From the IMG/VR virus record IMGVR_UViG_2870517152_000001, positions 7,231-71,230 of that record: a stretch of 64,000 nt of DNA; one strand, 5' to 3'. A program made the translations under genes and the position numbers. This document shows, in pieces, positions 62,026-64,000 of the stretch. Within the stretch, counting starts at the first letter, position 1. Each line of letters starts with the position of its first letter. This DNA is from a virus. Taxonomy: Duplodnaviria > Caudoviricetes. Below the pieces are notes generated by a model. That model had not been told where the DNA came from and did not search any database. It saw only the letters and a program-made list of their open reading frames with translations.

Positions 62026-63204
62026 ATGGATTCGATGTCAGATTCAGAGTTCCCCCTCGTCCAGTTCATGAGGGAGGGTTTCGACCCGGTAGCGGAGCTC
62101 GCCAGCATCCGTGCCGATCATCCCGTCTATCCCATGGAGATCCCCGGCGGCCAGACCGTGTACCTGGTCACCCGCTACCACGACGTGCGATCCGTGCTGG
62201 GGGACCACGAGCGCTTCAGCAACGACTTCGGCAACGTGATCGGGCTCGGCTCCAACCAGGAGGACCCGGGCGGCCTCGGCTTCCGCGACCCGCCCGAGCA
62301 CACCCGGCTGCGCCGCTACCTCACCCCGGAGTTCACCGTGCGCCGCCTGCGCCGGATGGAGCCCCGCATCGAGGCCCTGGTCGAGGAGTACCTCGACAAG
62401 ATGGAGGCCGCCGGCCCGCCGGCCGACCTGGTCGAGTCCTTCGCCCTGCCGATCCCGTCGCTCGTGGTGTGCGAGCTGCTCGGCGTGCCGTACGAGGAGC
62501 GGGCCGACTTCCTGCGGATCAGCACCAACCGCTTCGACCTCACCGCCGGGCCCGAGGCGTCCCTGCAGGCCGTCAACGACGCGATGACGTACCTCACGGA
62601 CCTCGTCGCCCGCGAGCGGCTCGCCCCCGGCGAGGGCCTGCTCGGCCAGCTCCTTCGTGAGCACGGCGACGAGCTCGACGACCGCACGCTCGCCAGCATG
62701 GCCGACGGCCTGCTGACCGGCGGTCATGACACCAGCACCAGCATGCTCTCGCTCGGCACCCTGTGGCTGCTGGAGAACCCCGAGCAGGCGGCCAAGGTGC
62801 GCGAGGTCGACGGCCACGTCAACGAGGTGGTCGAGGAGCTGCTGCGCTACATGACCGTCGTGCAGGTCGCCTTCCCCCGCTTCGCCCGCGAGGACCTGGA
62901 GCTGCATGGCCACACCGTCAAGAAGGGCGAGATGGTGCTGTGCTCGCTGAGCGCCGCCAACCGCGACCCGAACCTCGGCGACGACATGGACCAGGTCAAG
63001 CCGCACCGCGAGACCGCGGGCTCGCACCTGGCCTTCGGCCACGGCATCCACCGCTGCATCGGCGCGCCGCTGGCCCAGATGGAGATGCGCATCGCGTTCC
63101 CCGCGCTGCTGCGCCGCTTCCCCGGCCTGCGCGTGGCCGGAGAGGTGCCGTTCCGGGCGCTGTCCATCGTCCACGGCGTGGAGAAGCTACCGGTCGCCTG
63201 GTAA
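62026..63204 (+). CDS. Cytochrome P450 (host)
   Basis: DPPEHTRLR, GGHDTS I-helix, EELLRY, HLAFGHGIHRCIG heme motif. Confidence 0.97.
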   Translation: MDSMSDSEFPLVQFMREGFDPVAELASIRADHPVYPMEIPGGQTVYLVTRYHDVRSVLGDHERFSNDFGNVIGLGSNQEDPGGLGFRDPPEHTRLRRYLTPEFTVRRLRRMEPRIEALVEEYLDKMEAAGPPADLVESFALPIPSLVVCELLGVPYEERADFLRISTNRFDLTAGPEASLQAVNDAMTYLTDLVARERLAPGEGLLGQLLREHGDELDDRTLASMADGLLTGGHDTSTSMLSLGTLWLLENPEQAAKVREVDGHVNEVVEELLRYMTVVQVAFPRFAREDLELHGHTVKKGEMVLCSLSAANRDPNLGDDMDQVKPHRETAGSHLAFGHGIHRCIGAPLAQMEMRIAFPALLRRFPGLRVAGEVPFRALSIVHGVEKLPVAW

Positions 63205-63223
63205 TGGGGTTACGTTCACAAGT

Positions 63224-64000
63224 GTGAACGAGCCCGCGATCGACCTGACCACGGTGAGCGTCGTCGTGTTCGACACCGACGGCGTGGTCACCGACACCGC
63301 GCGGGGCCACGCGGCCGCCTGGAAGCACGTCTTCGACGCCTTCCTGCGCGGCCGCTCGGCCCCCTTCGACATCCGGGACGACTACCTGCGCCACGTCGAC
63401 GGCCGGCCCCGCCTGGACGGCATCCGCACGTTCCTGGCCTCGCGCGGCCTGGAGCTGCCGGAGGGCTCGCCCGACGACGAGCCGGGCGCGCCGACCGTCC
63501 ACGGGCTCGGCCGGGCCAAGGACCGGCTGTTCCTCGACCAGGTGGACAAGTACGGCGTCGCCGCGTTCCCGTCCACCGTGGCGCTGCTGCACGAGCTGCG
63601 CCACCGGGGGGCGCGCACCGCGGCCGTCTCGGCCAGCATGCACGGCCGCAAGCTGATCACGTCGGCCGCCGTCACCCACCTGTTCGACGCGCACGTCGAC
63701 GGCGACGACGCGGCCCTGCTGAACCTGCCCGGCCTGCCCGATCCCGCGCTGTTCCTTGAAGCCGCCCGCCGGCTCGCCGTGACGCCGTCGCGCGCCGCCG
63801 TGGTGGGGGCGGCGCTGCCGGGCGTCGAGGCGGCCCGCAAGGCCGGCTTCGGGCTCGTCGTCGCGGTCGGCCGGCCCGAGCTCGGCGACGAGCGGGCCGG
63901 CGAGCGGGGCGAGGAGCTGCGCGAGCACGGCGCGGACGTGGTCGTGGCCGACCTCGGCGAGCTCACCGTACGCGGGAGGGTCCTACCCTGGGGCACGTGA
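63224..64000 (+). CDS. HAD-family hydrolase, beta-phosphoglucomutase-like (host)
   Basis: FDTDGVVTDTA...H..AWK motif I, VSAS motif II, P.P.LFLEAA motif; motif III/IV residues look degenerate. Confidence 0.85.
   Translation: MNEPAIDLTTVSVVVFDTDGVVTDTARGHAAAWKHVFDAFLRGRSAPFDIRDDYLRHVDGRPRLDGIRTFLASRGLELPEGSPDDEPGAPTVHGLGRAKDRLFLDQVDKYGVAAFPSTVALLHELRHRGARTAAVSASMHGRKLITSAAVTHLFDAHVDGDDAALLNLPGLPDPALFLEAARRLAVTPSRAAVVGAALPGVEAARKAGFGLVVAVGRPELGDERAGERGEELREHGADVVVADLGELTVRGRVLPWGT

Noticed and set aside
62026-64000. P450 and HAD hydrolase as element cargo
   Set aside because: They lie beyond the att core and the tRNA terminator, so they are host chromosome.

Overview
High-GC actinomycete DNA (Streptosporangiaceae-like gene style; genus is inference). 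About 61.7 kb of the 64 kb is mobile DNA ending at an attachment site: the 3' half of a tRNA-Val(CAC) gene (61710-61758) followed by a hairpin terminator. Host genes follow (cytochrome P450, HAD hydrolase). From right to left lies an apparently complete siphovirus-type prophage, mostly on the minus strand. It has repressor/cro/xis, RecE/RecT-like recombination genes, RuvC, a C5 and an N4/N6 methyltransferase, WhiB, MazG, a DnaN clamp, an SNF2-like helicase, and a DnaB-N/AAA helicase with an iteron origin. It also has a serine recombinase, two parallel fibre-like cassettes, an intein-containing terminase, a Mu-like portal/protease head module, a tail module and a lysis cassette. Left of the lysis genes, with no second att core that I could see, are cargo genes, a GntR regulator and a Streptomyces-type conjugation operon (DUF3307, Spd-like membrane protein, helical proteins, FtsK/TraB ATPase) that runs off the window edge. 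No integrase is in the window. Two observations stand out. (1) The terminase intein carries a complete endonuclease VII-type homing nuclease in a different reading frame, nested inside the intein, with both frames open. (2) The prophage and the conjugation operon may be one integrative 'conjugative prophage'. All annotations are by eye, without database searches.
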